A DNA stretch of 64,000 bases from contig OZ260661.1 of assembly GCA_965285935.1 (NCBI GenBank), forward strand, positions 102,610,001 through 102,674,000, read 5' to 3'. The translations under genes were made by a program, and so were the position numbers. Each line of letters opens with the position of its first letter. Position 1 is the first letter of the stretch. The notes beneath the pieces were generated by a model. That model did no database searches. It worked only from the letters and a program-made list of their open reading frames with translations, and was not told the origin of the DNA. Of the stretch, positions 63,851-64,000 are shown in pieces. This DNA is from Ophelia neglecta (lineage: Eukaryota).

Positions 63851-64000
63851 GTAAGCTCCTTCATCTTGTGAAAGCAGCGCTTAAGCCGTTAATTACATAT
63901 TGCCAATACACTGCAGGTCCGCAACAGTCAAAGAAAGGAAACGTTTCCCCATATCCGGAAATAAAAGGGGAAAAACGAACCATTAACTCAGTCTGCTATT

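Overview
AT-rich, gene-poor eukaryotic DNA, probably from a marine invertebrate (the taxon cannot be fixed from sequence alone), with one 270-N assembly gap at 53893-54162. The only solid protein-coding content is a tandem pair of Shaker/Kv1-family voltage-gated K+ channel ORFs on the minus strand (21609-22991 and 31591-32970), each with an intronless CDS. They lie in an old ~9-10 kb direct duplication (~15.9-24.5 kb and ~25.5-34.5 kb) that shows patchy homogenisation. Both channels are atypical: the S4 R1 position is uncharged, the pore-helix Asp is Gly, there is an extracellular Cys pair, and the C-tail is very short. The duplication seems to exclude a candidate promoter and non-coding first exon at ~35.0-35.6 kb, so one promoter may splice to either of two whole-channel exons. 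The first 15 kb holds a degenerate ~300-bp local repeat family in both orientations, and one copy gave rise to a 1.35-kb minisatellite. Also present: two further minisatellites, a foldback/MITE-like element, LINE 3' remnants, two G-tract/C-tract-bounded elements and a decayed EGF-like exon near the right end. All identity estimates are by eye.
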